NCBI GenBank assembly: GCA_965224025.1
Contig: OZ245033.1
Coordinates: 224,001 to 288,000 of the forward strand
Reading direction: 5' to 3'
Source: Candidatus Multivorans sp.
GTDB lineage: Bacteria; Acidobacteriota; Thermoanaerobaculia; Multivoradales; Multivoraceae
Length of the DNA stretch: 64,000 nucleotides
Part shown: piece by piece, positions 9,175-20,119 of the stretch
Numbering within the stretch: position 1 is the stretch's first letter
Layout: every line of letters begins with the position of its first letter
Made by a program: the position numbers and the translations under genes
Notes under the pieces: model-generated
Told to the model about the DNA's origin: nothing
Databases searched by the model: none
Seen by the model: only the letters and a program-made list of their open reading frames with translations

Positions 9175-10155
9175 ATGCACCCAACGCCCATCCGTCCCCG
9201 CCGCAATCGGCGCTCGGCCGCTATCCGCGACCTGGTCCGTGAGACCGATCTCGGACCGGACCGGCTGATCTACCCGCTCTTCGTCATGGAGGGTTCGGAC
9301 ACGGCCCAACCGATCCCCTCGATGCCGGGCCAGGCCAGGCTCACCATCGACCGCCTGGTCGAGGAGTGTCGCGCCGCACATGCTCTCGGCGTGCCCGCCG
9401 TGGCGCTGTTCCCGGCTGTTGAGGACAAACTCAAGGACCGCACCGCGAGCGGCGCCCTGGACCCCGACGGGCTGGTCCAGCGCACGGTCCGTGAGCTGAA
9501 GTCCGCTCTCCCCGACATGCTGGTCATCACCGACGTGGCGATGGACCCGTACTCGAGCGACGGCCACGACGGGCTGGTCGAGGACGGCGAGATCCTGAAC
9601 GACCCGACACTTGAGATCCTGGCCGCGACCGCCGTCTCCCAGGCCGATGCCGGCGCCGACGTCATCGCCCCGTCCGACATGATGGACGGCCGCGTCGGGG
9701 CGATCCGCACCGCCCTCGATGCCGCCGGCCACGACCAGGTCGGCATTCTGAGCTACACCTCGAAGTACGCCTCGAACTTCTACGGCCCGTTCCGCGACGC
9801 ACTCGACTCCGCGCCCCGCGCCGGCGACAAGAAGACGTACCAGATGGACCCGGCGAACGTCCGCGAGGCGGTGCGGGAGGCGCGGCTGGACGTCGGAGAG
9901 GGCGCCGACATCGTCATGGTCAAGCCCGCCCTTCCCTACCTGGACGTTGTCCGCGCTCTTCGGGAGGCGGTCGATCTGCCGGTCGCGGCCTACCAGGTCA
10001 GCGGCGAGTACGCGATGATCCAGGCGGTCAGCGCGAACTGCTGGATGGACGGCGACGCGCTGATGATGGAGACCCTGACGTCCATCCGCCGAGCCGGCGC
10101 CGACATGATCCTGACCTACTTCGCCCGCCGCTGCGCCGAGGTTCTGAACCAGTGA
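9175..10155 (+). CDS. hemB: porphobilinogen synthase (delta-aminolevulinate dehydratase)
   Basis: TDVAMDPYSSDGHDG, APSDMMDGR, FYGPFRDA, DKKTYQMD, MVKP, AYQVSGEY. Confidence 0.98.
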   Translation: MHPTPIRPRRNRRSAAIRDLVRETDLGPDRLIYPLFVMEGSDTAQPIPSMPGQARLTIDRLVEECRAAHALGVPAVALFPAVEDKLKDRTASGALDPDGLVQRTVRELKSALPDMLVITDVAMDPYSSDGHDGLVEDGEILNDPTLEILAATAVSQADAGADVIAPSDMMDGRVGAIRTALDAAGHDQVGILSYTSKYASNFYGPFRDALDSAPRAGDKKTYQMDPANVREAVREARLDVGEGADIVMVKPALPYLDVVRALREAVDLPVAAYQVSGEYAMIQAVSANCWMDGDALMMETLTSIRRAGADMILTYFARRCAEVLNQ

Positions 10156-10310
10156 AGCGCCGCCTGCTCGCCGCGTGTCTCGTCGCACTGAGCGTTCCGG
10201 CCGCTCTCGCCGCCGCGGAAAGGCCGCCGAGTTGCGGGCCCAGCTTCAGGCCTGGCGCGAGTCCGTGTCGGCTGCGATGACGACGGCCCGCTGAGGCGGC
10301 GACCGCAAGC

Positions 10311-11057
10311 TCAGGGACCCGCGGCGCGGAACAGGAACAGGTGCTGGGTCGGCAGCGAGTCGACCCGTTCGACGAGTTCGTAGCCCGCGGGCAGCCACTC
10401 CTTCATCACCTGCTCGATCGACATGCGGTGCTCGAGCTTGATGTGCCGCGCCGAGCGGCCCTCGAGCCGGAACTCCGCGAGGGCGATCACCCCGTCCGGC
10501 GCGAGCGCCTCCCGCATGGACCGGAGCATCGCCTCCGGCTCGGAGAACTCGTGGTACACGTCGACGAGCAGCATCAGATCGACCTCCCCTTCAGGCAGCC
10601 GGGCATCGCTTTCCGTGCCGAGCACCGTGCTCATGTTCACAACACCGGCGTCAGCGGCGAGTTCCGTGGCGATGCGGAGCATCTGGGGCTGAATATCGTT
10701 GCACAGCACGCTGCCCTCCGGCCCCACGGCGGCCGCCAGGCGCCGCGAGTAGTAGCCCGAGCCGCAGCCGATGTCGACGACCAGCATGCCTGTCTCGATC
10801 GGCAGCGCCGCCATCAGTTCGTCCGGATGCTCCTCTTCGATTCGCGTCGCCCGCTCCAGCCAGGGAGCGCCGCGGTAGGACATCACCTCGGCGATCTTCC
10901 GGCCCTTGAAGACGCCGGGTTCCTCCGGCGCCTGCGCCGCGGCCGCCGCCAATGGCGCCAAGGCAGCCAGCGCCACCACCGCTGGAGTGATTCCCCGCCA
11001 CCTCAAGGCCGCGGCTCGAGCCAGCGCGCGAGCCATCCCAGCACCTCCTCGTGCCAC
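10311..11057 (-). CDS. exported class I SAM-dependent methyltransferase (start uncertain)
   Basis: GRKIAEVMSYRGAPWLER, VVDIGCGSGY, LLVDVYHEFSEP. Confidence 0.85.
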   Translation of the reverse strand: MARGGAGMARALARAAALRWRGITPAVVALAALAPLAAAAAQAPEEPGVFKGRKIAEVMSYRGAPWLERATRIEEEHPDELMAALPIETGMLVVDIGCGSGYYSRRLAAAVGPEGSVLCNDIQPQMLRIATELAADAGVVNMSTVLGTESDARLPEGEVDLMLLVDVYHEFSEPEAMLRSMREALAPDGVIALAEFRLEGRSARHIKLEHRMSIEQVMKEWLPAGYELVERVDSLPTQHLFLFRAAGP

Positions 11058-13078
11058 TGAATGCTGTTCGCCGGGCTGAGCACCCAGTGGTTCTCATCCG
11101 GGAAGTAGAGCAACCGGGCCGGCACCCCTCGTCGCTTGAGCGCCGTGAAGGCCGCAAGCCCCTGGGTTTCGGGGACGCGGAAGTCGAGCGCGCCGTGAAT
11201 CACCAGCATCGGGGTCTGCCAGCGATCGATCAGGAGCGCCGGATTGTGACTCTCGAAGCCGTCCGGGTTCTCGAAGTAGCTGCCCCGGTGATCCCACTCG
11301 ACGAACCACAACTCCTCGGTCGTGTAGTACATCGAGCGCAGATCGAAGACTCCGTCGTGGTTGACCAGGCAGCGGAACCGATCCGGCCAGGCGCCCGCCA
11401 TCCAGTTCACCATGTAGCCACCGTAGGAGGCGCCCAGCGCGCACACCCGATCGCCGTCGAGGAACGAGTAGCGATCGAGCGCGGCGGCCAGTCCCTTCTG
11501 CAGGTCCTCCAGCGGCTTGCCGCCCCAATCGCCCCCGATCGAGTCGGTGAAGTCCTGGCCGTAACCCACCGAACCATGGAAGTCGATCATCACCGCGGCG
11601 TAGCCGGCGCCGGCGTAGGCTTGAGGGTTCCACCGGTAGTGGAACGAGTTGCCGAACGAGCCCTGCGGTCCGCCGTGGATCAGGAAGGCGACCGGGTAGC
11701 GGCGGTCCGGGTCGAAGTCGACCGGTCGCACGACGTAGCCGTGCACCGTCTCGTCGTTCCAGCCGGCGAACGTGAACTGCTCGTAGTCCCCCACCCGCGC
11801 CGCCGCCCGCTGGTCGGCGTTGAAGGCCGTCAGGGCCCGCCGGTCGCCGCCGGAGAGATCGCTGACGAACAGCTCCGACGGACCGGCGAGATCGTTGTGG
11901 AGAGTGACAAGACGGTCCTTCGACACCGCCAGACCCGCTACCGATCCCTCGCCGTGCAGGCGCGTCACCGAGCCGTCCGCCACATCCACCGCGAACAAGC
12001 TCCGCTGCCCGAGGTCCGCCGCGGTGGCGAACAGCGTTTCCCCGTCGGCCGAAAAGGCAAGGCCCGAGACGGAGCGGTCCCAGTCCCCGGTGAGGTCCCG
12101 CTCGTCCTCCAGCCGGGAACCGTCGAGGCGCGCGAGCCGGATCCGGAAACGGTCGGATTCGTAGCCGGGGCGCTCCATGGCCAGCCAGGCCAGCGCGCCG
12201 CCGTCCGGCGACAGCACCGGGTGACTGTCCCAGGCCGGGTTTGCGGCGGTCAGGTTGACGGGCGGCGAACCGCCGTCCGCCGGCGCCAGGTACAGATCGA
12301 AGTTCGTCGACCACGCCTCCGGCGTACCGCCGGTGCGCGAGGCGAAGATCACCGCGTCGCCCCCATGCCCAAAGGCGATCTCCTCCGCGCCGCCGAAGGG
12401 CTTGGGAGGCGCGTCCTGGTCGAGTCCGCGCATCAGATCGACCGGCTCCCCTGACGGCGAGCGGACGTCGTCGAGTTCCAGGACGAAGACGTGCGACCGG
12501 CGGCCGTCCTTCCAGACGTCCCAGTGGCGAACGAAGAGATCGTCGTACGCGACCCCCGACGTCGGCCTCGACGACCGGTCCTCGAGGCGTTCCGCAGTGC
12601 AGTCGAGCGTCTCGCACGAAGCGAAGACGTCCATCGTCAGCGCGATCCGGCGACCGTCGGGCGACACGACCAGGTTGCCGACATCGAGCGGCAGGTCGGT
12701 CACCTGGCGCGGTTCGCCCCCGGCAAGGGGCAGGCGCCAGACCTGGGAACTCCCCGAACGCGTGGACAGGAAGAAGAGGTCTCGGCCGTCCGGCGCCCAG
12801 CGCGGATGAAAGTCCGCCGCCTCGTGCGTGGTCAACCGGCGTGGCGCGCCGCCGTCCACCGGCGCCGACCAGAGATCCGTTCGACCCCGGTTGGCGGCCA
12901 GGTCCGTCGTGCGCACGGCAAGGGCAACGACCGACCCGTCCGGCGCTATCTGAGGGTCCGAAAGCCGCTCCATCGCCAGCATGTCGTGGACCGAGAACGG
13001 GTGCGTCTCCTGCGCTTGCGGAATCGCCCACGGCGGAACGATCAGAGCGGCAAGAGCGACGATCCCGAAACGGCCCAT
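11003..13078 (-). CDS. S9 family peptidase (dipeptidyl aminopeptidase/acylaminoacyl peptidase)
   Basis: Signal peptide, PD40-like propeller repeats, IHGGPQG, GASYGG, DFRVP, DENHW. Confidence 0.95.
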   Translation of the reverse strand: MGRFGIVALAALIVPPWAIPQAQETHPFSVHDMLAMERLSDPQIAPDGSVVALAVRTTDLAANRGRTDLWSAPVDGGAPRRLTTHEAADFHPRWAPDGRDLFFLSTRSGSSQVWRLPLAGGEPRQVTDLPLDVGNLVVSPDGRRIALTMDVFASCETLDCTAERLEDRSSRPTSGVAYDDLFVRHWDVWKDGRRSHVFVLELDDVRSPSGEPVDLMRGLDQDAPPKPFGGAEEIAFGHGGDAVIFASRTGGTPEAWSTNFDLYLAPADGGSPPVNLTAANPAWDSHPVLSPDGGALAWLAMERPGYESDRFRIRLARLDGSRLEDERDLTGDWDRSVSGLAFSADGETLFATAADLGQRSLFAVDVADGSVTRLHGEGSVAGLAVSKDRLVTLHNDLAGPSELFVSDLSGGDRRALTAFNADQRAAARVGDYEQFTFAGWNDETVHGYVVRPVDFDPDRRYPVAFLIHGGPQGSFGNSFHYRWNPQAYAGAGYAAVMIDFHGSVGYGQDFTDSIGGDWGGKPLEDLQKGLAAALDRYSFLDGDRVCALGASYGGYMVNWMAGAWPDRFRCLVNHDGVFDLRSMYYTTEELWFVEWDHRGSYFENPDGFESHNPALLIDRWQTPMLVIHGALDFRVPETQGLAAFTALKRRGVPARLLYFPDENHWVLSPANSIQWHEEVLGWLARWLEPRP

Positions 13079-13146
13079 GGCTGCGGCACAGAGTATCGCA
13101 AGGGCCGGGTGGTAGGATGCGGCCTCCAGAAACTCCAGGATCCACG

Positions 13147-14049
<903 letters not shown>

Positions 14050-14646
14050 CGCGGCAGAACTCCCCGAGGCCGGCGTTTCGCGCCGGATGCCGGCGGGAAC
14101 CCGTGTGGCGCGAAAGTCCCCACACGTGCCGTAAACACCCATGAACCTTACACTTACGAGACCCACCGGTCTGCGTGTCCCACGTTCCGGCCCACCTGAT
14201 TCTACCGTCGCGGGGCGGCTTCCGGGCGCTGGACTTGGCGTTCAGTCGCTCCGACAGGCGTTCGGGAACGCGCTCAGGTCGACGACCGGCGGCGAGCTCG
14301 CCTGGGATTATCGCATCCTAGACTCCAGGCTAGCACCCGCTCGGGCACCCACAAGCGCCGCAGGGCACGTTATCCATCCGCATCGCCCGCACCGCGCAGG
14401 TCGCCGACTCGAGCAGCAGTGGCGGCCGAACGAAGGCTACGCCTTCGGCACCGGCGTGATCCGCGGCTCGCTGGTCGGCGAGGCGGGAGGTCGGCGTCAT
14501 GGCGAGCTTCCCCCGGCGGCCGGAAGACGCTCTACGGCCTTGGTGGAGGAATGTGCCCGTCGGTCGGCGGGAAGTAGCGGTCCAAAGCGTCTAGAATCTC
14601 TTCGTGGCGACTCCTTCGCCGACTCGAAATCGAAGAGGAATGTCCA

Positions 14647-15432
14647 GTGAGCGAGAGACGAGCGAGGCGTGTCAGTTTGGTGGCGGTGATGGTAGTGCAG
14701 GCGGCAGCGGCGGTAGGCCAAACGGAAGAGCCGGTAGACGTGGAGGACTGGGTCTGCTGTCCGTGCGAGCGCCTGGCTTCCTACACTGGCGATCTCGCCG
14801 AAGCTGCGCTATGGGCGGCCAGTCTAGAGGGGAGTTTGGAGGAGTCGGGGCCTGAGGCTTTCGACGAAGGGACGGCGGCTATCAAGGCGATCTCCTACAC
14901 CCTAAACAAGGGCATGGGGTTTACCGCTGCCCGGCTGGCGGTCTGCTTGGAGGAGGAGAATCAGCCGTACTACGACGCTGGCGCAGCAGAAGCGGATATG
15001 AAGCACCTCGGATCGGTTCTCGATTTCTCCGCAGACCCGAGCTTTGGGAAGATCCGGCTTCGCGCAGGCTTTGCGCCCGACCCGCACACATCCGAACTTG
15101 TGGCCGGTGGCGTAGTGGATGCCTCCTCTCTCGGCGGGAACTGCATCGGCTACGTTTCGACTGCCCCCGATATCCGGTTGGAGTGGGAGGGGCGCAGCGA
15201 CGGACTGGCGATCGCCTTTCTCGCGGAAGAGGACGGGGACGCCACGTTGATCGTCAACACTCCGGAAGACTCATGGGTCTGCAACGACGACGCGGATACA
15301 ACCACTAACGATCCGCTCGTTACCTTGCCGGAGCCGAGTGAAGGCCAGTACTACATCTGGGTCGGTACCTATGAGGGCAAGAGGCGGATTCCCGGCGAAC
15401 TGGTGATCGGCGAACGGTTCGCTGGTCTCTAG
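14647..15432 (+). CDS. exported protein with C-terminal PPC-like (pre-peptidase) domain
   Basis: Signal peptide; LRAGFAPDP..GGNCIGY..APD..DATLIVNTP..WVCNDD..YYIWVGTY. Confidence 0.65.
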   Translation: MSERRARRVSLVAVMVVQAAAAVGQTEEPVDVEDWVCCPCERLASYTGDLAEAALWAASLEGSLEESGPEAFDEGTAAIKAISYTLNKGMGFTAARLAVCLEEENQPYYDAGAAEADMKHLGSVLDFSADPSFGKIRLRAGFAPDPHTSELVAGGVVDASSLGGNCIGYVSTAPDIRLEWEGRSDGLAIAFLAEEDGDATLIVNTPEDSWVCNDDADTTTNDPLVTLPEPSEGQYYIWVGTYEGKRRIPGELVIGERFAGL

Positions 15433-15637
15433 CCCCAGGTCCGTCGGGAGCTTCCGACAAGACCAAGGAGGAAGGCGCAGCCCAAGCACAGAAACGGCTG
15501 TAGGACACCTTCAATAGCCACCTCCACTGTGACGCAGCGCGCCCTCGAAATGACCTGAGCGAACCGCCTGCCAAACGCCGCGTACTCTCGGCGGAGCAAG
15601 CTCTTGGGCACCATCCCCCGCACGAGATCGAATCACG

Positions 15638-16615
15638 ATGTCCCCGTTGCTCGACAATGCGATCCAGTCAATACGCATCGGCGTGGAGGACTACGAGGCC
15701 CACGACCCGGCCCGGGCACTCTCGGCGATACGCAACCTGCACGCCGGTCTGTTGCTCTTGGCGAAGGAAGTCCTCGTACAGGCGGTTCCGAATGCCGATG
15801 AGGACGACCTGATTGGGGCCGAGTACAAGCCGATGCCGGATGACAACGGCGGTGTGACATATGAGAAGCGTTCCGCACGGACTATCGGCCTCGCCGGGAT
15901 TGGAGAGCGTTTCAAGGACTTCAGGATTCCCGTAGATCGGGCAGCTCTTGAGAAGCTCAGCCAGCTCCGGAACGACGTCGAACACCGATACACCGAGAAG
16001 GCACCTGGCGTTCTGCGACAGACTGTCGCGGGCACGTTTCCGCTAGCGGCGCGGATGTTCCGACGTGTCGGCGTCGACCCCGTTGAGAGGCTGGGAGATG
16101 CTTGGAAGACGATGCTTGACGTACATGAAGTCTACGAGCAGGAGCTACGAACGTGCCGCGAGACGTTCGACCGCGTGGAGTGGCGGCATGAGGTCGTGGG
16201 CAGGCACCCGAGAGAATGTCCCAAGTGCCGCTCGGAGCTACTGGAACAGATTGGACCAGAGAACCGGGAACAGGAGTGTGCAGACTCGGCCTGCCGTTTG
16301 TGCGGGGCAAGGGTGAGCGCGGAAACTCTGGTCGAGAGCGCCATCGCAGCCCACTACTCGGCTGCCGAGTTCCTGGACTACAAGCACGGCGGCGACGGCG
16401 TCGTGTTCGACTGTCCCGAGTGCGGGCTTCACACGTATGTCGTGGACTCAGAACCTGAGGACGGAGGTTCAGAATTCGTCGGATGCATGGCGTGCGACCA
16501 CCGAGTACAGGGCCGATGTGCGCGATGTCAAGAGGACTTGACGCCGGGCAACCTCGGAGCGAACCGCTCTGGCTGTTGCGACTACTGCGAGCACATGCTA
16601 TTCAAGGACGACTGA
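15638..16615 (+). CDS. HEPN-like protein with C-terminal multi-CxxC zinc ribbons
   Basis: Helical N-terminus with RNDVEH (RxxxxH); CPKC, CRLC, CPEC, CMAC, CARC, CDYC. Confidence 0.6.
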   Translation: MSPLLDNAIQSIRIGVEDYEAHDPARALSAIRNLHAGLLLLAKEVLVQAVPNADEDDLIGAEYKPMPDDNGGVTYEKRSARTIGLAGIGERFKDFRIPVDRAALEKLSQLRNDVEHRYTEKAPGVLRQTVAGTFPLAARMFRRVGVDPVERLGDAWKTMLDVHEVYEQELRTCRETFDRVEWRHEVVGRHPRECPKCRSELLEQIGPENREQECADSACRLCGARVSAETLVESAIAAHYSAAEFLDYKHGGDGVVFDCPECGLHTYVVDSEPEDGGSEFVGCMACDHRVQGRCARCQEDLTPGNLGANRSGCCDYCEHMLFKDD

Positions 16616-16890
16616 CCGCGAGCTAGCCGGCTGGCCGGAAGCGGCGTCCGCGTCTCGCTCATGGACTTGCAATCGGCAAGCCCATGAGCGACCGAGGCCC
16701 TCTCAGCGGTAGCGTTGCCTCGCTGCGGCGGCCGTCTCATCCTGGATCCTGGGGAGCGCCGGGACCTCGACTCTTTTCCGCTCCCTGTAGTCCCTGACGG
16801 CCTGACGGGGCCGCACCAGGATCCGCTCCAGTACCGAAAAGGGTCGGCACCCCCCTCGTATAGGGGATTATGTCGAATAGTGCCCAAGCG

Positions 16891-17334
16891 TCACGGGATA
16901 CCGGCGGCGTGGAAGAAGAACCGTTCGAGGTTCTCGCGCACGAAGACATCGAGAGCGATTCGTGTGCCTGCCGATCCGGGCTTGTGGAGGTGACAACGCA
17001 TCTCTACCGCGCTCCATCGAGGCGTGACGATCACATCTGACTGCTCCGCCATCAAGAACCGCAGTTGTAGGCCGGTCGACTGGAACGATACGGCAGCAAC
17101 CGACTCTCCGTCTCGTTTTTGCGCGACTCGCAACGTGAGTTCTTCTTTGACGACCTCGTACCGATACTTCTCGCCCCGGCACTCCAAGAGCTTGTTCATG
17201 TCCGCGGTATCGCGCTCGACAAGCTGCCGAACCTCGTTCTCCAAGAGAGAATCCGAGTTGCAAGCCGCACGTCGAAAGACCCATCGCGGAGCTTCTGTGG
17301 CGTTATCTCGTTGGGGTTCTTCGCTCATTGGCAC
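16891..17334 (-). CDS. hypothetical passenger protein of element A
   Basis: ORF ending next to the left IR and overlapping the upstream small ORF; no motif recognised. Confidence 0.55.
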   Translation of the reverse strand: MPMSEEPQRDNATEAPRWVFRRAACNSDSLLENEVRQLVERDTADMNKLLECRGEKYRYEVVKEELTLRVAQKRDGESVAAVSFQSTGLQLRFLMAEQSDVIVTPRWSAVEMRCHLHKPGSAGTRIALDVFVRENLERFFFHAAGIP

Positions 17335-17639
17335 TGCGGCGGCAGTAGTTCTTCGATCTTCCGTTCGATGTCGGCGGCGGCATGGAGGTTCTTCGTGTAC
17401 TGCTCTATGGCGCGGAGTGCTTCGGCGTAGTCCACGTAGCGCGCATCTCGCATCTCGACCGGATAGCCGCCAGTCATTCGGACGTTCTGATCCGCGTCTC
17501 CGATGGCGCTCAGCATTGACGCGGCGGCTTGTGTCAGAGACCGAGCGATCCCCTTCGCCTTGGTGCGGTAGCAGGCTGCTGAATTCTCGGCTTGCCGCCG
17601 CTTCAGCATGAGGTCGCCGAGGCGTTCACTGTCCGACAT
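17325..17639 (-). CDS. hypothetical helical passenger protein, divergent from the transposase
   Basis: MSDSERLGDLMLKRRQAE...; extended -10 TGgTAAGAT 7 nt before the ATG. Confidence 0.55.
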   Translation of the reverse strand: MSDSERLGDLMLKRRQAENSAACYRTKAKGIARSLTQAAASMLSAIGDADQNVRMTGGYPVEMRDARYVDYAEALRAIEQYTKNLHAAADIERKIEELLPPQCQ

Positions 17640-17656
17640 GGAGGCCATCTTACCAC

Positions 17657-17685
17657 TTGACAGGACGGGCACTATCCTGTAATCT
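17657..17685 (+). promoter_or_regulatory. transposase promoter with internal operator-like palindrome
   Basis: TTGACA-17bp-TAATCT, ATG 7 nt downstream; ACAGGA..TCCTGT inverted repeat across the spacer. Confidence 0.6.
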
Positions 17686-17692
17686 TCTGGGC

Positions 17693-18682
17693 ATGACGAC
17701 GACACTGCAAGACGCACCCGGTAAGCACTACCGGAAGGGCATGAGCCTGATCGACGCGATCCGCCTGTTCCCCGACGATGCGGCGGCGGAAGCGTGGTTC
17801 ACGTGCATCCGCTGGCCCGAAGGTCCATCGTGCCCGCACTGCGGCTCCGAGAACGTCCAAAGTGGCGCGAAGCACAAGACGATGCCGTACCGCTGCCGGA
17901 CGTGCCGCAAGCGCTTCAGCCTCAAGACTGGCACCGTCATGGAGGCGAGCAACCTCGGCTACCAAGTGTGGGCGATGGCGCTGTACCTGCTCCTGACGGG
18001 TCTCAAGGGCGTATCGAGCATGAAGCTGCACCGTGACTTGGACGTGACGCAGAAGACCGCGTGGCACCTCGCTCACCGTCTCCGCAAGGCGTTTGAGGCC
18101 GAAGGGCCGCGAGTCGTCTTCGAGGGGCCGGTAGAGGTCGATGAGACGTACATCGGCGGTCTGCGGAAGAACATGCACGCGAAGAAGCGGAAGACCCTTG
18201 AAGGCCGCGGCACCGTGGGCAAGACCGCCGTGGTCGGCATCAAGGATCGGGAGACCAAGAAGGTCGCGGCGCGGGTCGTCCGCTCGACTGACGGCGGGAC
18301 GCTTCAAGGTTTCGTGCGCGAGCACGTCGAACCCGGCGCGACGGTGTACAGCGACGATACCGGGGCGTACAGCGGTCTGACCGAGTACGAGCGCGGCACC
18401 GTCCGGCACTCGGTCGGCGAGTACGTGGACGGCAAGATCCACACGAACAGCATCGAGTCGCTTTGGTCGATGCTCAAGCGCGCCCACAAGGGCGTCTACC
18501 ACAAGCTCTCGCCGAAGCACCTACAGCGCTATGTCGATGAATTCGCGGGGCGGCAGAACATTCGGGAGTTCGACACCATCGACCAAATGACGGTCGTATC
18601 AGCGTGGCTGGTCGGCAAGCGACTCCGCTACCGCGAGTTGATCGCCGACAACGGTCTGCCGTCCGGCGCACGTTCGGCATGA
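17693..18682 (+). CDS. IS1595-family transposase
   Basis: Zn ribbon CPHC..CRTC, HTH SSMKLHRDLDVTQKTAW, EVDETY, VYSDD, HTNSIESLWS, LQRYVDEF. Confidence 0.96.
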   Translation: MTTTLQDAPGKHYRKGMSLIDAIRLFPDDAAAEAWFTCIRWPEGPSCPHCGSENVQSGAKHKTMPYRCRTCRKRFSLKTGTVMEASNLGYQVWAMALYLLLTGLKGVSSMKLHRDLDVTQKTAWHLAHRLRKAFEAEGPRVVFEGPVEVDETYIGGLRKNMHAKKRKTLEGRGTVGKTAVVGIKDRETKKVAARVVRSTDGGTLQGFVREHVEPGATVYSDDTGAYSGLTEYERGTVRHSVGEYVDGKIHTNSIESLWSMLKRAHKGVYHKLSPKHLQRYVDEFAGRQNIREFDTIDQMTVVSAWLVGKRLRYRELIADNGLPSGARSA

Positions 18683-20105
18683 CGGCGGACGGCCAGCGCG
18701 CCAGCGCGCCAGCGCGCCAGCGCGCCAGCGCGCCAGCGCGCCAGCGCCGGAATTGTCCACTGCAACTTCCGAGCCCAACTGGAAGAACCGGACTTTGTTC
18801 CACCGGGACAACCTAGAGGTCTTGCGCGGCATGAACAGTGAGACGGTGGACCTGATCGCCACAGACCCGCCGTTCAACAAAGGGCGGGACTTCCACGCGA
18901 CGCCCGACAGCCTCGCGGCAGGCGCGTCCTTCAAGGACCGCTGGACGTGGGAGAACGACGTCCAACAAGAGTGGGTGGACAAGATCGCCGATGACTGGCC
19001 TGCGATCAAGGAACTGGTCGAGTCAGCCGGGGCGTGCTACGGCGAGGACATGGCGGCATTCCTGGTCTGGATGGGGATTCGGTTACTCGAAATGCGGCGG
19101 GTACTCAAGCCGACCGGGGCGATCTACTTGCACTGCGACCACACGGCGGGCGCGTATCTCAAGATGCTCATGGACGCGATCTTCGGGCGCAGGCAACTCA
19201 AGAACGAGATCGTGTGGCACTTCCGCACATCGTCAGGAGCACCCAAGAAGCACTTCATCAAGAACACGAACACGATCTTCTTCTACGTGAAGTCTAGGAA
19301 CTCCGTGTTCAATCTCCAGAGAGAACCGTGGCCGGAGTCCACACTGAAGAAGTGGCAGCGCGACTCCAAGGGGAGGGTCTACCGAACCAACAACGGCAAG
19401 CGGTACTACATCGACCCTAAGGGCAAGCGGATGGACAACGTGTGGGAGATCACGCTGTCTTCACGATCTCGGGAGCGTGTCGGGTACCCGACGCAGAAAC
19501 CGATAGCGCTCTACGAGCGCATCGTCCAGGCATCGTCCAACGAAGGCGACATCGTTCTTGACCCATTCTGCGGTTGCGCGACTACATGCGTGGTGGCGGA
19601 GAAACTCGGCCGACAGTGGGTTGGGATCGACATTTGGGACAAGGCGCACGAGACGGTTCTGGACCGCCTACGGAAAGAAGAACTGTCGGTAGGGGGTGAC
19701 CAGGGCGACCGGCTCTTCACCGTTGGTGACGTGGCCTACCGGAGAGACGTTCCGGTGCGAACTGACGATGCCCAGGTCGCCGCTCCCAAGATGCGTCGCC
19801 GTAAGTACTTCTTCGAGGACCCGCCAGACGGTTACACGAACCGCGAGCGGAAGCAGTTGCTCGTCGAGACCAACGCCCGCGACGGACTCGTGTACTGTGA
19901 TGGCTGTGACCGCGGATTCGACTCGCCCGAGTACCTGCAACTCGACCACAACACGCCGCGATCAAGTGGCGGCAGCAACAACATCTCGAACCGTCGCCTG
20001 CTCTGCGGCCCGTGCAATCGCCGCAAGTCGAACACACTGACGCTCATCGGACTGCGGAGGAAGAACAAGAAGGACGGATTCATGGCGAATCAGACCGTAA
20101 CCTGA
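18679..20105 (+). CDS. DNA N6/N4-methyltransferase fused to a C-terminal HNH endonuclease; out of frame at a 5' octamer repeat (putative phase OFF)
   Basis: DLIATDPPF, YPTQKP, VLDPFCG; HNH with CDGC..LDHNTPRSSGGSNNISN..LCGPCNRRKS. The ATG at 18679 is frameshifted by (GCCAGCGC)7; the in-frame body starts at 18753. Confidence 0.9.
18692..18747 (+). repeat. perfect simple sequence repeat (GCCAGCGC)7
   Basis: Seven exact 8-nt units counted directly. Confidence 0.97.
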
Positions 20106-20119
20106 TAAGGATGGAGTCC

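Noticed and set aside
14050-14646. ORF 14141-14650 and the surrounding intergenic region
   Set aside because: No recognisable motif or RBS; it may be a decayed remnant, and I cannot support a call.
15603-15620. CTTGGGCACCATCCCC as a third copy of the element A inverted repeat
   Set aside because: Only 9 bp match and the terminal ATAATCCCC is missing.
18692-18747. Octamer tract or the REP clusters as a CRISPR array
   Set aside because: There are no spacers, no regular spacing and no cas genes.
18753-18755. TTG at 18753 as the main start of the MTase
   Set aside because: It has no ribosome-binding site (the repeat lies upstream), and the sister element uses the ATG overlapping the transposase stop. 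Low-level use cannot be excluded.
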